A stretch of DNA of 57,905 nucleotides. It comes from a virus. Its lineage: Duplodnaviria > Caudoviricetes. The DNA is taken from the IMG/VR virus record IMGVR_UViG_3300013006_000040, positions 1 through 57,905 of that record; one strand, 5' to 3'. Of the stretch, positions 27,255-36,900 are shown piece by piece. The first letter of the stretch is position 1; each line of letters starts with the position of its first letter. Below the pieces are notes generated by a model that did not search any database, had not been told where the DNA came from, and saw nothing but the letters and a program-made list of their open reading frames with translations. Made by a program: the position numbers and the translations under genes.

Positions 27255-28091
27255 TTAATTCAAATCTTTGTTCTTAAAGGAAAAGACTGAGCTTTTGTCT
27301 ATCTCTATCGAATTCCGCATATTTCTGAATTTTGGCTTCTTTTTATCATTCTGAAGCATAGAGTTTGCCCCAATTACCAACAGAATAGCCAACGGATCAA
27401 ATACTATAATTATCAGCAGAATCATCCAAGAAACCGCTTTCTCCAGTATACTTGTGTCTGTTGCCCCATACATAAATGCTGCGATATACTTTATAGGACC
27501 AACCTCAGCCTCAACCTTGCGCATTTCCGCTGCTATAGGAGCCCGCTCCTCATTAAGTTTAGCAATTGCTTTCTGCTCGGCTTCGATATCAGCAAATAAT
27601 CTAGCCCTCTCCTTCTGCTGACTTCTACGTATGTTGACCGCTTTATCCGCACCTTTTTCATCTGTCGATCTGCCCATAACTTGATCCACAGCTTCATCCA
27701 TCTGTTTAAGAGTTTTGCGGTTGGCTTCGATATTGTCTTTTGAAGTCTTAATCTTTTCGTCATATATTGATATCTTTGCCAGGACATCACCCGACACTAA
27801 ATTTTGGTCGCTATGCGCTTTGGATAAAAATCCAAATATGCCCATGGATGTGAGTAATGATAAAACTACAACACTGATAATAAGATAAGATTTCATCAGT
27901 GTGTTTATACTGTCCCATTGTCTATATACGTAGGATGCAGTTACAAGTTTACCCACTTCAAGAGCAGCACCCATTATCAAAATAGGAGTTGGGCTAGCTG
28001 AAAATATATAAGTCAATCCCATGATTGAAAAATATCCTGCTATACCTGAAATAGCTAAAGCTGTTCCTAATAATATAGCTGCAAAAATCAT
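27255..28091 (-). CDS. Conserved membrane/coiled-coil phage protein
   Basis: N-terminal transmembrane helices (LEVGKLV, TSMGIFGFLSKAH), coiled coil, EVGPIKYIA and IVFDPLAI motifs. Confidence 0.8.
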   Translation of the reverse strand: MIFAAILLGTALAISGIAGYFSIMGLTYIFSASPTPILIMGAALEVGKLVTASYVYRQWDSINTLMKSYLIISVVVLSLLTSMGIFGFLSKAHSDQNLVSGDVLAKISIYDEKIKTSKDNIEANRKTLKQMDEAVDQVMGRSTDEKGADKAVNIRRSQQKERARLFADIEAEQKAIAKLNEERAPIAAEMRKVEAEVGPIKYIAAFMYGATDTSILEKAVSWMILLIIIVFDPLAILLVIGANSMLQNDKKKPKFRNMRNSIEIDKSSVFSFKNKDLN

Positions 28092-28729
28092 TGGGTCATT
28101 AACCTATCTACAAATTTTAACAGTAAAGCATGATGCTCACCGTTGTGATATTTTCCTTTTAGCCAACTGTAACTATCATACCAAAATTGTTCACTTTCAG
28201 GATGGCACCCTATTAATCCTATGTTCTTTTGAATAATCGCCATCGGGTCACCATTTGCGTAAGTAGCGATTGTTTCGTAGTGTCCATCACCAACCAAAGC
28301 ACAACCATCGTAAAAAAACATCTTTGTGTCAGTTCCATCCCAGTTAATTTTAATGTTCTTAGCATGAGGTCTCCTCGTATCCGTATTAGGACGCTTAATA
28401 TATTGTATCGCCTTTACGTCTTTTATTATGTTTAGATAATGATGTCCTGCCCAATAGGCACCCATACATATCCCCAGATATTTACCACCATTTTTTACAA
28501 AGTCTTTTACTGCTTTTCTATTGTGTTTAAATAGATTGTCATATGAATCAGAATCTCCGAATCCACCAGGGACAACTATTAAATCTACATCATCAAAGAA
28601 GTTATATTCTATTTCATTCTTGGAAAATAGTTTGAATCTATACTTATTTCCTAACGATTTCATAATACCATTACCGCTCTGCACTGAGCATTTTGGGTCA
28701 TGGATAAACAATGCTATAGTTTTTTGCAT
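28088..28729 (-). CDS. Class I glutamine amidotransferase-like protein (BPL_N type)
   Basis: VPGG, GGKYLGICMGAY (nucleophile Cys) and GCHPE motifs. Confidence 0.85.
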   Translation of the reverse strand: MQKTIALFIHDPKCSVQSGNGIMKSLGNKYRFKLFSKNEIEYNFFDDVDLIVVPGGFGDSDSYDNLFKHNRKAVKDFVKNGGKYLGICMGAYWAGHHYLNIIKDVKAIQYIKRPNTDTRRPHAKNIKINWDGTDTKMFFYDGCALVGDGHYETIATYANGDPMAIIQKNIGLIGCHPESEQFWYDSYSWLKGKYHNGEHHALLLKFVDRLMTQ

Positions 28730-28769
28730 TTTAAAATGGTTTTGTTGCGCTCTGCGAGCATATATTTCC

Positions 28770-29450
28770 TTAGAACGGATTCAATGAAGAACTTGTTACA
28801 GCACCATTATTAGTAATTATTATATTATTTGTTGACGAATCTTTTAGGAAATTAGCATCATTCGAGGTGTTTAATAATAATTGGGTACCCCCGATTGCAC
28901 TCAATGGTGAGGTAGGGACAGTAATTGTTGATCCGATGTAAAGTGCTGTGCCGCTAACAATTCTAAAATTGCTTATACGACCATTAAAATAACCATTACC
29001 TTGCACCGCACTATATGCAATATCAATTGATCTATTTGCTGTACTATTATATCCTATGCCGCTTTGGGACATTACAGAAACTCCGTTTACATAAAGTGTA
29101 AGAGTTCCACTTGCTCTTACTAATGCAATATGATGCCAGGCCCCTACAGTTATTACTGTATTAGTAGCACTATTGCGTACACCGCCTTCACCAAAGTAGT
29201 AAATACCCCCATTACCATTAAGATCTACATTATCACGATCAGAACTAAAATACCACAAACGCCCAGAAAGATTATTGGGGTAAATCCAGGTTTCCATAGT
29301 AAAATCGTTTGTTCCAAAAGCAAACGCAGAACTTGACGGGGTATTTAAATATTGACTTGTGCCATTAAAGGATAAACTACCCTGCAATACGGGGGCTGCC
29401 GGAGGAAAAAATGTCATTCCACCTTGTTGTATCATTCCTGTTATTATCAT
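28770..29450 (-). CDS. Stand-alone LamG/ConA-like domain protein
   Basis: DFTMETWIYP, WHHIALVR and GRISNFRI motifs; paralogous to domains in 14838..19367. Confidence 0.85.
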   Translation of the reverse strand: MIITGMIQQGGMTFFPPAAPVLQGSLSFNGTSQYLNTPSSSAFAFGTNDFTMETWIYPNNLSGRLWYFSSDRDNVDLNGNGGIYYFGEGGVRNSATNTVITVGAWHHIALVRASGTLTLYVNGVSVMSQSGIGYNSTANRSIDIAYSAVQGNGYFNGRISNFRIVSGTALYIGSTITVPTSPLSAIGGTQLLLNTSNDANFLKDSSTNNIIITNNGAVTSSSLNPF

Positions 29451-29845
29451 ATCTTTATATGTGTCCTATGTACTCTGCATTGTATCTGACCATTATAATA
29501 ATCCTCGGTCTCCAATACTCTGCGATCCATTTGTTCTCTTGCCTCAAGATAATTACAAGATCCCTTATTAGGACAAATATGTAATATCTCTCTTATAAAT
29601 TTATCTATTCCAAATGTCTCAACATCTTTTTTAACTTCGTCGGATGAAGACCAATAATCACGCCAATCTGATTCGACCTTTATGCGCTTCTTTTTACCCT
29701 TAACTTGTTTAGTTTTACGAAACCAAAAAAGTTTTTTACCTATGTATTTCCGTCCAGTAACAGTATTTGTAATCAAATACACATAACCATACGCAGTTTC
29801 TGGAATTTCCTCAAGAGGGGAATTATTATAAAGCCACATAAACAC
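29447..29845 (-). CDS. GIY-YIG endonuclease resembling T4 endonuclease II
   Basis: GYVYLITN...KYIGKK...ESDWRDYWSS...F-x-REIL...E...YYN. Confidence 0.8.
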   Translation of the reverse strand: MFMWLYNNSPLEEIPETAYGYVYLITNTVTGRKYIGKKLFWFRKTKQVKGKKKRIKVESDWRDYWSSSDEVKKDVETFGIDKFIREILHICPNKGSCNYLEAREQMDRRVLETEDYYNGQIQCRVHRTHIKI

Positions 29846-29861
29846 CTATCTAAATAAGTAT

Positions 29862-30230
29862 TTATTGTCCCACAACCTCCCACATATCTCCATCTTCAGA
29901 GTATCTATCGTCATCTACACGGGGAGGTATTATGAAATAATCCTCAGGATCCGTCATGACATCCTCGAGTCGCTCGGTTGCCAAGCCATTGCCCATTGTT
30001 CCAGTCTTAATAAGCATTGATGTTTGTACAGACTTTTTATATCTGTGATATTCTGACTCGTCTCGAGCCATATAATCTTTTTGCTTTTCAGAGAATACTT
30101 GTTTCTGTTCCTCTGACCATTGCCTTGAATTGGCACAAGCCCGGGTGCAAAATTTCCCAGGCTTGTTATGGTGTGTCCCACACTTAGGACAGGTCTTCGT
30201 CGTTGTCGTCGAGGTCTTGATACTGCTCAT
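29862..30230 (-). CDS. Hypothetical Zn-finger protein
   Basis: CPKC...FCTRACAN. Confidence 0.65.
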   Translation of the reverse strand: MSSIKTSTTTTKTCPKCGTHHNKPGKFCTRACANSRQWSEEQKQVFSEKQKDYMARDESEYHRYKKSVQTSMLIKTGTMGNGLATERLEDVMTDPEDYFIIPPRVDDDRYSEDGDMWEVVGQ

Positions 30231-30363
30231 CTATTTGATCTTCATCTATAGCGCCACCGCAGAATGGACAAAATCCTACTTTATAATGATGTTCGTCAAG
30301 ATCATGTTTTATCTTGAAGACGGCATCACATTCGACGCACTCGTGATGTTTGTTTTTTGCCAT
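30184..30363 (-). CDS. Small zinc-ribbon protein with acidic tail (59 aa)
   Basis: Not in the track; hand translation MAKNKHHECVECDAVF...FCPFCGG...DDNDEDLS*. Confidence 0.75.
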   Translation of the reverse strand: MAKNKHHECVECDAVFKIKHDLDEHHYKVGFCPFCGGAIDEDQIDEQYQDLDDNDEDLS

Positions 30364-30803
30364 GTCTCAATTCCTCTTTTCTTTGCTTCAGTTTCAAATA
30401 CTCTAGTTCTTAAATCCGATGAACTAAAGTAATGATCACGCTTGTTAAAATAAATGTCAATTTTTCTTTTCTCACAGATAGCTTTGCCTGTGTATTCAGT
30501 ATCTCTATACTCCTCACCCAAGATACGAATATCAATAGGCAAAGACATAAAGATGTCCTCAAGCTCTTTTTCTGTTGAATATACAATAATCTCATCGACG
30601 TGTTTGCAAGCGGCAACTTGTATTTGCCGTTCGATTATTGATTGTACTGGTTTGTTTTTACTTGTCCTGTCGATTGTTGGATCGACTTGGATTGCTGCGA
30701 TTAAATGATCGCATTGTTTTTTCGCTTCTTCTAGCATGATAACATGACCAGCATGAAAAAGATCAAAAGTACTGCAAGTAATTCCTATAATTTTATTACT
30801 CAT
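30309..30803 (-). CDS. Cytidylyltransferase-family (TagD-like) nucleotidyltransferase
   Basis: FDLFHAGH (HxGH) and R-x-H-x-FSSS-x-LR motifs. Confidence 0.9.
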   Translation of the reverse strand: MSNKIIGITCSTFDLFHAGHVIMLEEAKKQCDHLIAAIQVDPTIDRTSKNKPVQSIIERQIQVAACKHVDEIIVYSTEKELEDIFMSLPIDIRILGEEYRDTEYTGKAICEKRKIDIYFNKRDHYFSSSDLRTRVFETEAKKRGIETWQKTNITSASNVMPSSR

Positions 30804-30885
30804 ATTTGCTTATCCTCTTTTAATTCAAATCCATTAATAACATCATTAAACTTTTCAATAGTTAATCCTGGCATAATATACTCCT

Positions 30886-31068
30886 TTAATTTTCTTCAAT
30901 TTGCCATTTGCCTTCGGGGCATTTTTCCCATTTAATTAGTGTCTTGCCCCATATGGCACAGCCACATGATTTACAAAATTTTGCACCAATAATAATTTTT
31001 TTATGTTCGCATGTCTCGCAAATTCGTCTGCGAACTATTGCATAGTTTGTTTCTTTATCTGAATCCAT
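30886..31068 (-). CDS. Small Cys-rich protein
   Basis: R...CETC...CKSCGC...KT...CPEGKW. Confidence 0.7.
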   Translation of the reverse strand: MDSDKETNYAIVRRRICETCEHKKIIIGAKFCKSCGCAIWGKTLIKWEKCPEGKWQIEEN

Positions 31069-31274
31069 TTTTTACACCAATAATTAGGTTTCACTTTGGC
31101 ATCCCAGGTTTTACAATATTTTGTTCCTGGCACATATGCCCCACAATTTGCACAATTTTCTTTACTATTACCAACAGCATACGCAGGAGGTAATTTTTTA
31201 GGAATTAATGTTCCGTCAGGATATTTCCTAGGTCTTAACTCCTCAAACTTCTTTACCATATTTAGTCCTGTCAT
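31035..31274 (-). CDS. HiPIP-like four-Cys protein
   Basis: Y...ENCANC-x9-C...V-x-PNYWC-x2-W resembles the high-potential iron-sulfur protein motif. Confidence 0.65.
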   Translation of the reverse strand: MTGLNMVKKFEELRPRKYPDGTLIPKKLPPAYAVGNSKENCANCGAYVPGTKYCKTWDAKVKPNYWCKKWIQIKKQTMQ

Positions 31275-31741
31275 TTAACATCTATCACATGAGCTTCCAC
31301 CCCATAACCTACAGTAGTTGCTCTAGTATTTCCGGCTACTAAGTGGTGATGGGTTTGACCTTGTGCGTCAGTATGTCTATATACGATTGGTCTATCTATA
31401 CCACCACCTAGTTTCATTTGAGATTTAACTCTGTTAACTTTTTCCTTATCCTCGACTGCTTTTACTCCCTGACCAATTTCTGAATTATTGACATTAGTTC
31501 CAGGTTTTATTTTCTCAATTTTTGATGAGGATAGAGCAGCAGTAAACGAATCCTTATCCTTAGCAAATTTATGAATTGCTGATGCTATTACAGGATGAAC
31601 ATCACTCATATGTCCGGATTTTATTGCATTACTTTGGACAACATTCTCATTATGCTCCTCATCTGAGAGCCTTTGCGGGTTTGGTTTTTTATATGTTACA
31701 GGTGTAACCTCTTCGTCTATAAATTCTTTAAATTGTTTCAT
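31271..31741 (-). CDS. ParB/Srx-like domain protein with a T4-type capsid-targeting N-terminus
   Basis: Likely start MKQFKEFIDEE (31741, ATGA overlap with nrdB); RPIV...LVAGNTR motif. Confidence 0.65.
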   Translation of the reverse strand: MKQFKEFIDEEVTPVTYKKPNPQRLSDEEHNENVVQSNAIKSGHMSDVHPVIASAIHKFAKDKDSFTAALSSSKIEKIKPGTNVNNSEIGQGVKAVEDKEKVNRVKSQMKLGGGIDRPIVYRHTDAQGQTHHHLVAGNTRATTVGYGVEAHVIDVK

Positions 31742-32721
31742 GCAGCCTTTCCCCATACATCATGCCAGTCGCCAGACAAGGCACCTTTGGCGTAGTCTGT
31801 TGCTCTGTTCTCAAAGAAATTAGTATGCGTTGGAGCATTAATCATTTCTTCAACCCAGGGTAAAGGATTCTTTTTACGCTTGAAGATACCTTTTAGTCCA
31901 AGACTAATTAGACGTCTATCAGCAATGTAGCGAATATATTCCTTTACATCATGCTCTGTCAACCCTTCGATAGCGCCAGATTTGAAAGACAGTTCAATAA
32001 ACTTATCTTCAAGACTAACCATCTTCTCCGCAATCGAGTAGATCTTTTCTTTGAGAGTATCATTCCATATCTCCTTATTTTCTTCGATGTAGGTACGGAA
32101 TAATTTAATCATGCCTTCAGCGTGTTGTGTCTCATCCACAATAGACCAGGTAACAATTTGTCCCATGCCTCTCATTTTACCTGTACGAGGAAAGTTAAGT
32201 AACATAATAAAGGAACTGAACAGTTGCATACCTTCGGTGAATGCGCTAAACACAGCAATATGTTCCGCAGTTGAGGCAATCGTACCGTTCTTAGATGAGA
32301 TATCAAGAACAAAGTCATGCTTGTCTTTCATTTCCTGATACTCAAGAAATTGATTATATGTTGTCTCAGGCAATCCCAAGGTTTCAATCAGATGGGAATA
32401 TGCTGCAATGTGCAATGCTTCACGAGCTGCAAAGCCCATTAGCATCATTCTTATCTCAGGTTGCGGAAAGTGAGGTAGATAATTATTGACATATCCACCA
32501 GCAACATCAATATCTCCCTGAGTAAAGAATCGGAAGATGTGTGTAAGGAATTGTTTTTCTTCATTTGATAACTTCTTTTTCCAATCTTTAACATCCTCGT
32601 GCATCGGTACTTCAGTATGTAACCAATGGCTTTGCTCATGCTTTAGCCATGCATCATATGCCCAAGGGTAATTAAAGGGTTTAAACGAATTTCTATCATC
32701 CGTCATTCTTGTCTTTTTCAT
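31738..32721 (-). CDS. nrdB: Ribonucleotide reductase class Ia beta subunit
   Basis: FFTQGD, REALHIAAY, FTEGMQLFSSF, DETQH and NFFENR motifs. Confidence 0.97.
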   Translation of the reverse strand: MKKTRMTDDRNSFKPFNYPWAYDAWLKHEQSHWLHTEVPMHEDVKDWKKKLSNEEKQFLTHIFRFFTQGDIDVAGGYVNNYLPHFPQPEIRMMLMGFAAREALHIAAYSHLIETLGLPETTYNQFLEYQEMKDKHDFVLDISSKNGTIASTAEHIAVFSAFTEGMQLFSSFIMLLNFPRTGKMRGMGQIVTWSIVDETQHAEGMIKLFRTYIEENKEIWNDTLKEKIYSIAEKMVSLEDKFIELSFKSGAIEGLTEHDVKEYIRYIADRRLISLGLKGIFKRKKNPLPWVEEMINAPTHTNFFENRATDYAKGALSGDWHDVWGKAA

Positions 32722-32735
32722 TTATGCCTTTTCTT

Positions 32736-33059
32736 TTATACAGTAAAACTACTACCACATCCGCAGGTTGTTTGTGCATTTGGATTTGTTATAACAAACT
32801 GCGAACCTTGTAAATCATCTTTGTAATCTATGCTTGCACCTTGTAGATATTGCATACTCATAGAATCCACTAACACCTTAAATTTTTCTAAAGGTAATTC
32901 AAAATCATCTTCATTCATAACCTCATCAAATGTAAATCCATAACTCATTCCACTACAACCGCCCCCTTGAACAAATGTTCTTAGTGATAGGTCAGGGTTG
33001 TTTTCTTCTGCGAGAAGATCTAAAATTTTTATTTTTGCTGACTCTGTTATTGTAATCAT
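32736..33059 (-). CDS. erpA: A-type Fe-S carrier ErpA
   Basis: GGGCSG-x-SYGFTFDE, VDSMSMQYL and NPNA[10 protein letters not shown] motifs. Confidence 0.9.
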   Translation of the reverse strand: MITITESAKIKILDLLAEENNPDLSLRTFVQGGGCSGMSYGFTFDEVMNEDDFELPLEKFKVLVDSMSMQYLQGASIDYKDDLQGSQFVITNPNAQTTCGCGSSFTV

Positions 33060-33688
33060 TTTTGTTCCTCGTACATTACAGTATTAGTTTCACCCAATGC
33101 CCATTTAGCATCCGTTTCAACAGACCATCGGGTGGTTGCTACTTTAAAGTCTGGCATCTTCAGCTCTTTTGGGTTGCTGCTTGGTTCTAATATAATCAAT
33201 CTATTATTTGGCTGAGCAGCAAACTGCCCATTATCACACTGAATGAAATTATAAGACTTGTGATCTTCGATGTCTTCGCTAAACCCTGTATCAAGTATGT
33301 TGAAATCAGGATGAGCAGAATCAAGTGTAAAAAGATAAACACCATATTGCCAATCTCCATTCTTTAATTTAAACTTACACTTCATTGATTGTAACTGTGC
33401 TTTCTTTATAACTGTTATGTCATATGAAAGACAATCCCATAATTGCAAATAATCTAATGGTAATTCATTCTCAACAGGTTTCCAACAATATGCATGTAAT
33501 GGCAATTTGTCATACAATGCACCATAGTTGTTTAGGTATGATTCAATACGAAATGCTTGGCCCCGCAATGATTTAACACTGACCCACCAACAAGGTTCAA
33601 GTTCTCCGTAACCTTTCTCAAAGTTATAGAGAAATTCTTTGCGAACAAAACACTTAACGGGGGGAAGATTTGCAACAATATGTGCCAT
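33056..33688 (-). CDS. Conserved hypothetical phage protein within the Fe-S block
   Basis: ANLPP...VRKEFLY...GALYDKLP...LQLWDC...[11 protein letters not shown] pattern; function unknown. Confidence 0.8.
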   Translation of the reverse strand: MAHIVANLPPVKCFVRKEFLYNFEKGYGELEPCWWVSVKSLRGQAFRIESYLNNYGALYDKLPLHAYCWKPVENELPLDYLQLWDCLSYDITVIKKAQLQSMKCKFKLKNGDWQYGVYLFTLDSAHPDFNILDTGFSEDIEDHKSYNFIQCDNGQFAAQPNNRLIILEPSSNPKELKMPDFKVATTRWSVETDAKWALGETNTVMYEEQK

Positions 33689-34018
33689 TTATATCCTAAA
33701 ACTTTCTCCGCAACCACAGCGGTCACGCTCATTTGGATTTTTAAAATCGAATCCTTCGTTGAGGCCATTACGTTTGTAATCTATAGTCATGCCATCGATA
33801 TATACCAGATCTTTAACATTAGCAACGACATAAACACCATCGTCGAATTCCCATATCTTGTCATAAAGTGGGTTTGTTTTCCCAGTGTCGAGATACTCAA
33901 GAACATACGCCAGACCACTGCACCCTGTGGTTTTTACACCAACACGAATGCCAACACCTGAACCACGCTTCTCGAGATGTTGTTTAATTTTGCTAGACGC
34001 TAATTGCGTGAGTGTCAT
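33689..34018 (-). CDS. iscA: A-type Fe-S carrier IscA
   Basis: GIRVGVKTTGCSGLAYVLEY and NPNE-x2-RCGCGESF; likely start at MTLTQLA (34018). Confidence 0.9.
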   Translation of the reverse strand: MTLTQLASSKIKQHLEKRGSGVGIRVGVKTTGCSGLAYVLEYLDTGKTNPLYDKIWEFDDGVYVVANVKDLVYIDGMTIDYKRNGLNEGFDFKNPNERDRCGCGESFRI

Positions 34019-34388
34019 GTTTACTCCGGTAATCGTTGATTGCTGCTTTAATAGCATCTTCTGCTAAAATGGAACAATGTATCTTTACTGGTGGAAGCGC
34101 AAGCTCTTCTGCAATCTGGGAGTTTTTAAGATTAACAGCATCATTAATATGCATACCCTTAACCCACTCTGTAACCAGCGACGAACTGGCGATTGCTGAA
34201 CCACATCCATATGTCTTGAAACGAGCATCTCTAATAATACCATCGTCGTCTACCTTTATTTGTAGTTTCATGACGTCGCCGCAGGCAGGTGCCCCCACCA
34301 TACCTGTGCCGATTGTGTCGTCTATTTCAAATTTGCCTACATTACGAGGATTTTCGTAATGATCGATTACCTTGTCAGAGTAGGCCAT
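33993..34388 (-). CDS. iscU: Fe-S scaffold IscU
   Basis: YSDKVIDHYENPRNVG, GAPACGDVM, GCGSAIASSS and LPPVKIHCS motifs. Confidence 0.97.
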   Translation of the reverse strand: MAYSDKVIDHYENPRNVGKFEIDDTIGTGMVGAPACGDVMKLQIKVDDDGIIRDARFKTYGCGSAIASSSLVTEWVKGMHINDAVNLKNSQIAEELALPPVKIHCSILAEDAIKAAINDYRSKHDTHAISV

Positions 34389-34391
34389 ATA

Positions 34392-34640
34392 TTACCAGGT
34401 TACTTTGCCGCTAGAAATCTTTCTTAGACCCATATTAATAGCGCCCATCAAAAGCATTTGATATTCTGCAGGAACTACAAAGCCATAATTTGTTTGTACT
34501 ATTACTAATACGCCTGCTACAATATTAGCCCAGAAAGTTTTACTATAGTACCACTTCTTACCTGTTGCTTCGCTTACCATTGCTTCGTTAACTGCTTCAA
34601 TAATGTTTTCGTTAACTACTGTTTGTTTTTTCGTTGCCAT
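34392..34640 (-). CDS. Small membrane protein, holin-like
   Basis: KKWYYSKTFWAN followed by two hydrophobic segments; holin role is inference. Confidence 0.55.
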   Translation of the reverse strand: MATKKQTVVNENIIEAVNEAMVSEATGKKWYYSKTFWANIVAGVLVIVQTNYGFVVPAEYQMLLMGAINMGLRKISSGKVTW

Positions 34641-34664
34641 TTTATTTCCTTATTTTTATATTTG

Positions 34665-34814
34665 TTACCAATGTCTTATAACACCTGCTATGATAAAGCA
34701 GTTGGTGATTATATATGATACCACAATAATTGTTCTTATAATTGCTACTCTATCTGCTTCTTTTTTGTCATTGGACGCTTTTTCTCCAAGTGCCTTTGCC
34801 CAAAGTTTCCACAT
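34665..34814 (-). CDS. Small conserved membrane protein (49 aa)
   Basis: Hand translation MWKLWAKALGEKAS...ADRVAIIRT...TNCFIIAGVIRHW*. Confidence 0.7.
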   Translation of the reverse strand: MWKLWAKALGEKASNDKKEADRVAIIRTIIVVSYIITNCFIIAGVIRHW

Positions 34815-36626
34815 TTAACCCTCGCATGCCAAACAAGTATCGCCCTCTATCATCGCCTTCATATCTAATTCTTTGATAACTTCTCTTTCGATTCTCTTAG
34901 AGACTTTATCTGCCTTGCCGATCTTTTCAGAACGACAATAGTAAAGGGTTTTTAATCCCTGCTTCCATGCTAGAAAATGAACAGCATGTAGGTATTTAAT
35001 ATTTGCATCTGGTCTAAAGAATAGATTAACAGACTGCGCTTGATCTATATATTGTTGTCTATCGGCAGCATGCTGGATAACCCAACGCTGGTCAATTTCC
35101 ATAGATGTTTTAAATACATCTTTATCCCAATCAGACATCCAAGTCAGGTGTTGCACTGAACCATCATTAGCAATGATAGATGACCAAATTTGATTATACT
35201 CATCCTGACTAATAAGATGACTGTCGTCTGACAAGTGGTCTTGAATTACTTTATCCAACCATTTATTTTTATTTAACGACGATCCCGACAAAGTGTCTTG
35301 TCTATAAGCGTTAGCACGTAATGGCTCGACGGAAGGAGAAGTATTACCCATAATAATGGAAGAAGAAGCGTTAGGAGCGATAGCAAGCATGTGAGAAAAA
35401 CGCCTTCCCGTACCTGCAGCATCGGGCGCCTCGCCTCTTTCATGTCCCAATTTGAGGTTTGCATTATCTAATCCTGTTCTAATATGTTTAAAAATTTGGT
35501 GGTTTCTTCCCACAGCCATTGCGCTTTCCCATGGAATGCTATTCTTTTGTAAATATGCATGCCAGCCTAAGGCTCCAATACCAATGCTACGCTCACGAGT
35601 AGCAGAGTAAATAGCCCTGGAAATGGCACTAGGTGCATTATCAATAAAATACTGTAAAACATTATCAAGCATCTCAGCAACATCACGAAGGAAGAGAGCG
35701 TCAGATTTCCATTCATCATAGTACTCCAAATTCAAAGATGATAAACAACATACCGCTGTACGCTCTTTATCAGTAGGCAAAATAATCTCAGAACATAAAT
35801 TAGATTGCTTAATGCTTAGACCAAGTTTCTTTTGGAAGTCTGGCATTGCTCTGTTACTTGTATCAATGAAATGTAAATAAGGTTCACCTGTTTGCATTCT
35901 CATTTCTAAAATACGTTGCCACAATTCTCTAGCAGAAATAGTATCACGTACTACTCCAGAATGGGGATCTTTTAATTCCCATGTGTCATTTGCGTCTTTG
36001 TCCAACATACACTTCTCAACCAACTGCATAAAGTCATCAGTGATATTGATACCGTGATGCAAATTAAGTGTCCTCATATTAGGATCACCTGTTGGTTTTC
36101 TCATCTCTAAGAAGATAAGGATATCGGGATGAGAAATATCAAGATAAGCAGCATAAGACCCCCGCCTCGTCCGCCCTTGTCTGTATGCCAAACTACTAGC
36201 GTCATAAGTGCGAAGATGAGGCATAACGCCAACGCTTTTATCATCTGCTGATCTGATACCAATTCCAATTCCAACTCCTCCGCCCAGCATGCTGAGCCAA
36301 TTTACTTCTGCGAGAGTATTAACCAAGCCTTCTGCACTGTCATCCAAATATGGTAAAAAACAAGATATAGGCAACCCACGCTTGCTACGACCAAAGCTAA
36401 GAATGGGAGTAGAATAAGAAAGCCAATGCTTGGACGAATACTCATAAAGTCGTTGTGCATGCTTTGCATTAGAGCCAAACGCTTTTGATACATATGCAAA
36501 CCTTTCTTGAGGCGATGCCTCATCATCTTTCATGTAACTTTCTTTTAATCTTTTAATTCCCAATTCATCAAACAAACTATCTCTAGTATAATTGACATTT
36601 ATCCCATGGACTACATCTTTAGTCAT
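34815..36626 (-). CDS. nrdA: Ribonucleotide reductase class Ia alpha subunit
   Basis: PISCF, QSNLCSEI, AVCCLSS, APNASSS, TLYY and C-terminal CLACEG; no intein or ATP cone apparent. Confidence 0.97.
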   Translation of the reverse strand: MTKDVVHGINVNYTRDSLFDELGIKRLKESYMKDDEASPQERFAYVSKAFGSNAKHAQRLYEYSSKHWLSYSTPILSFGRSKRGLPISCFLPYLDDSAEGLVNTLAEVNWLSMLGGGVGIGIGIRSADDKSVGVMPHLRTYDASSLAYRQGRTRRGSYAAYLDISHPDILIFLEMRKPTGDPNMRTLNLHHGINITDDFMQLVEKCMLDKDANDTWELKDPHSGVVRDTISARELWQRILEMRMQTGEPYLHFIDTSNRAMPDFQKKLGLSIKQSNLCSEIILPTDKERTAVCCLSSLNLEYYDEWKSDALFLRDVAEMLDNVLQYFIDNAPSAISRAIYSATRERSIGIGALGWHAYLQKNSIPWESAMAVGRNHQIFKHIRTGLDNANLKLGHERGEAPDAAGTGRRFSHMLAIAPNASSSIIMGNTSPSVEPLRANAYRQDTLSGSSLNKNKWLDKVIQDHLSDDSHLISQDEYNQIWSSIIANDGSVQHLTWMSDWDKDVFKTSMEIDQRWVIQHAADRQQYIDQAQSVNLFFRPDANIKYLHAVHFLAWKQGLKTLYYCRSEKIGKADKVSKRIEREVIKELDMKAMIEGDTCLACEG

Positions 36627-36642
36627 TCTTACTCCAATTTTA

Positions 36643-36900
36643 TTATTTTACTGATTCAAAAATATGCTTTTGTATTTGATACCACTCGTTCCATGCGTCA
36701 TTTCTAACAGCACAGTCATAATATGTAGTATAATTTATTGTCACTGTATTAGCAACATCACTTAGCTTTGCGCCTTCTTTTAGTTCCTGTAACTGGGGAC
36801 AGGGTTGTAATGAATATTTAGGTGGTTCAGGAAACTTAGCTGTCACGGGAACAGTAGTTGAACATCCTGTTAATAGTAATAACCATAGTATATATTTCAT
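36643..36900 (-). CDS. Putative o-spanin (Rz1-like lipoprotein)
   Basis: Lipobox LLTGC, Pro-rich segment, overlaps the upstream i-spanin-like gene. Confidence 0.75.
   Translation of the reverse strand: MKYILWLLLLTGCSTTVPVTAKFPEPPKYSLQPCPQLQELKEGAKLSDVANTVTINYTTYYDCAVRNDAWNEWYQIQKHIFESVK

Noticed and set aside
30800-30874. 24-codon ORF MPGLTIEKFNDVINGFELKEDKQI with a strong RBS, possibly a glutaredoxin remnant
   Set aside because: No CxxC or other diagnostic motif; too short to assign.
31738-36626. Introns or inteins in nrdA/nrdB
   Set aside because: Both are uninterrupted and of normal length; the genes between them are not homing endonucleases.
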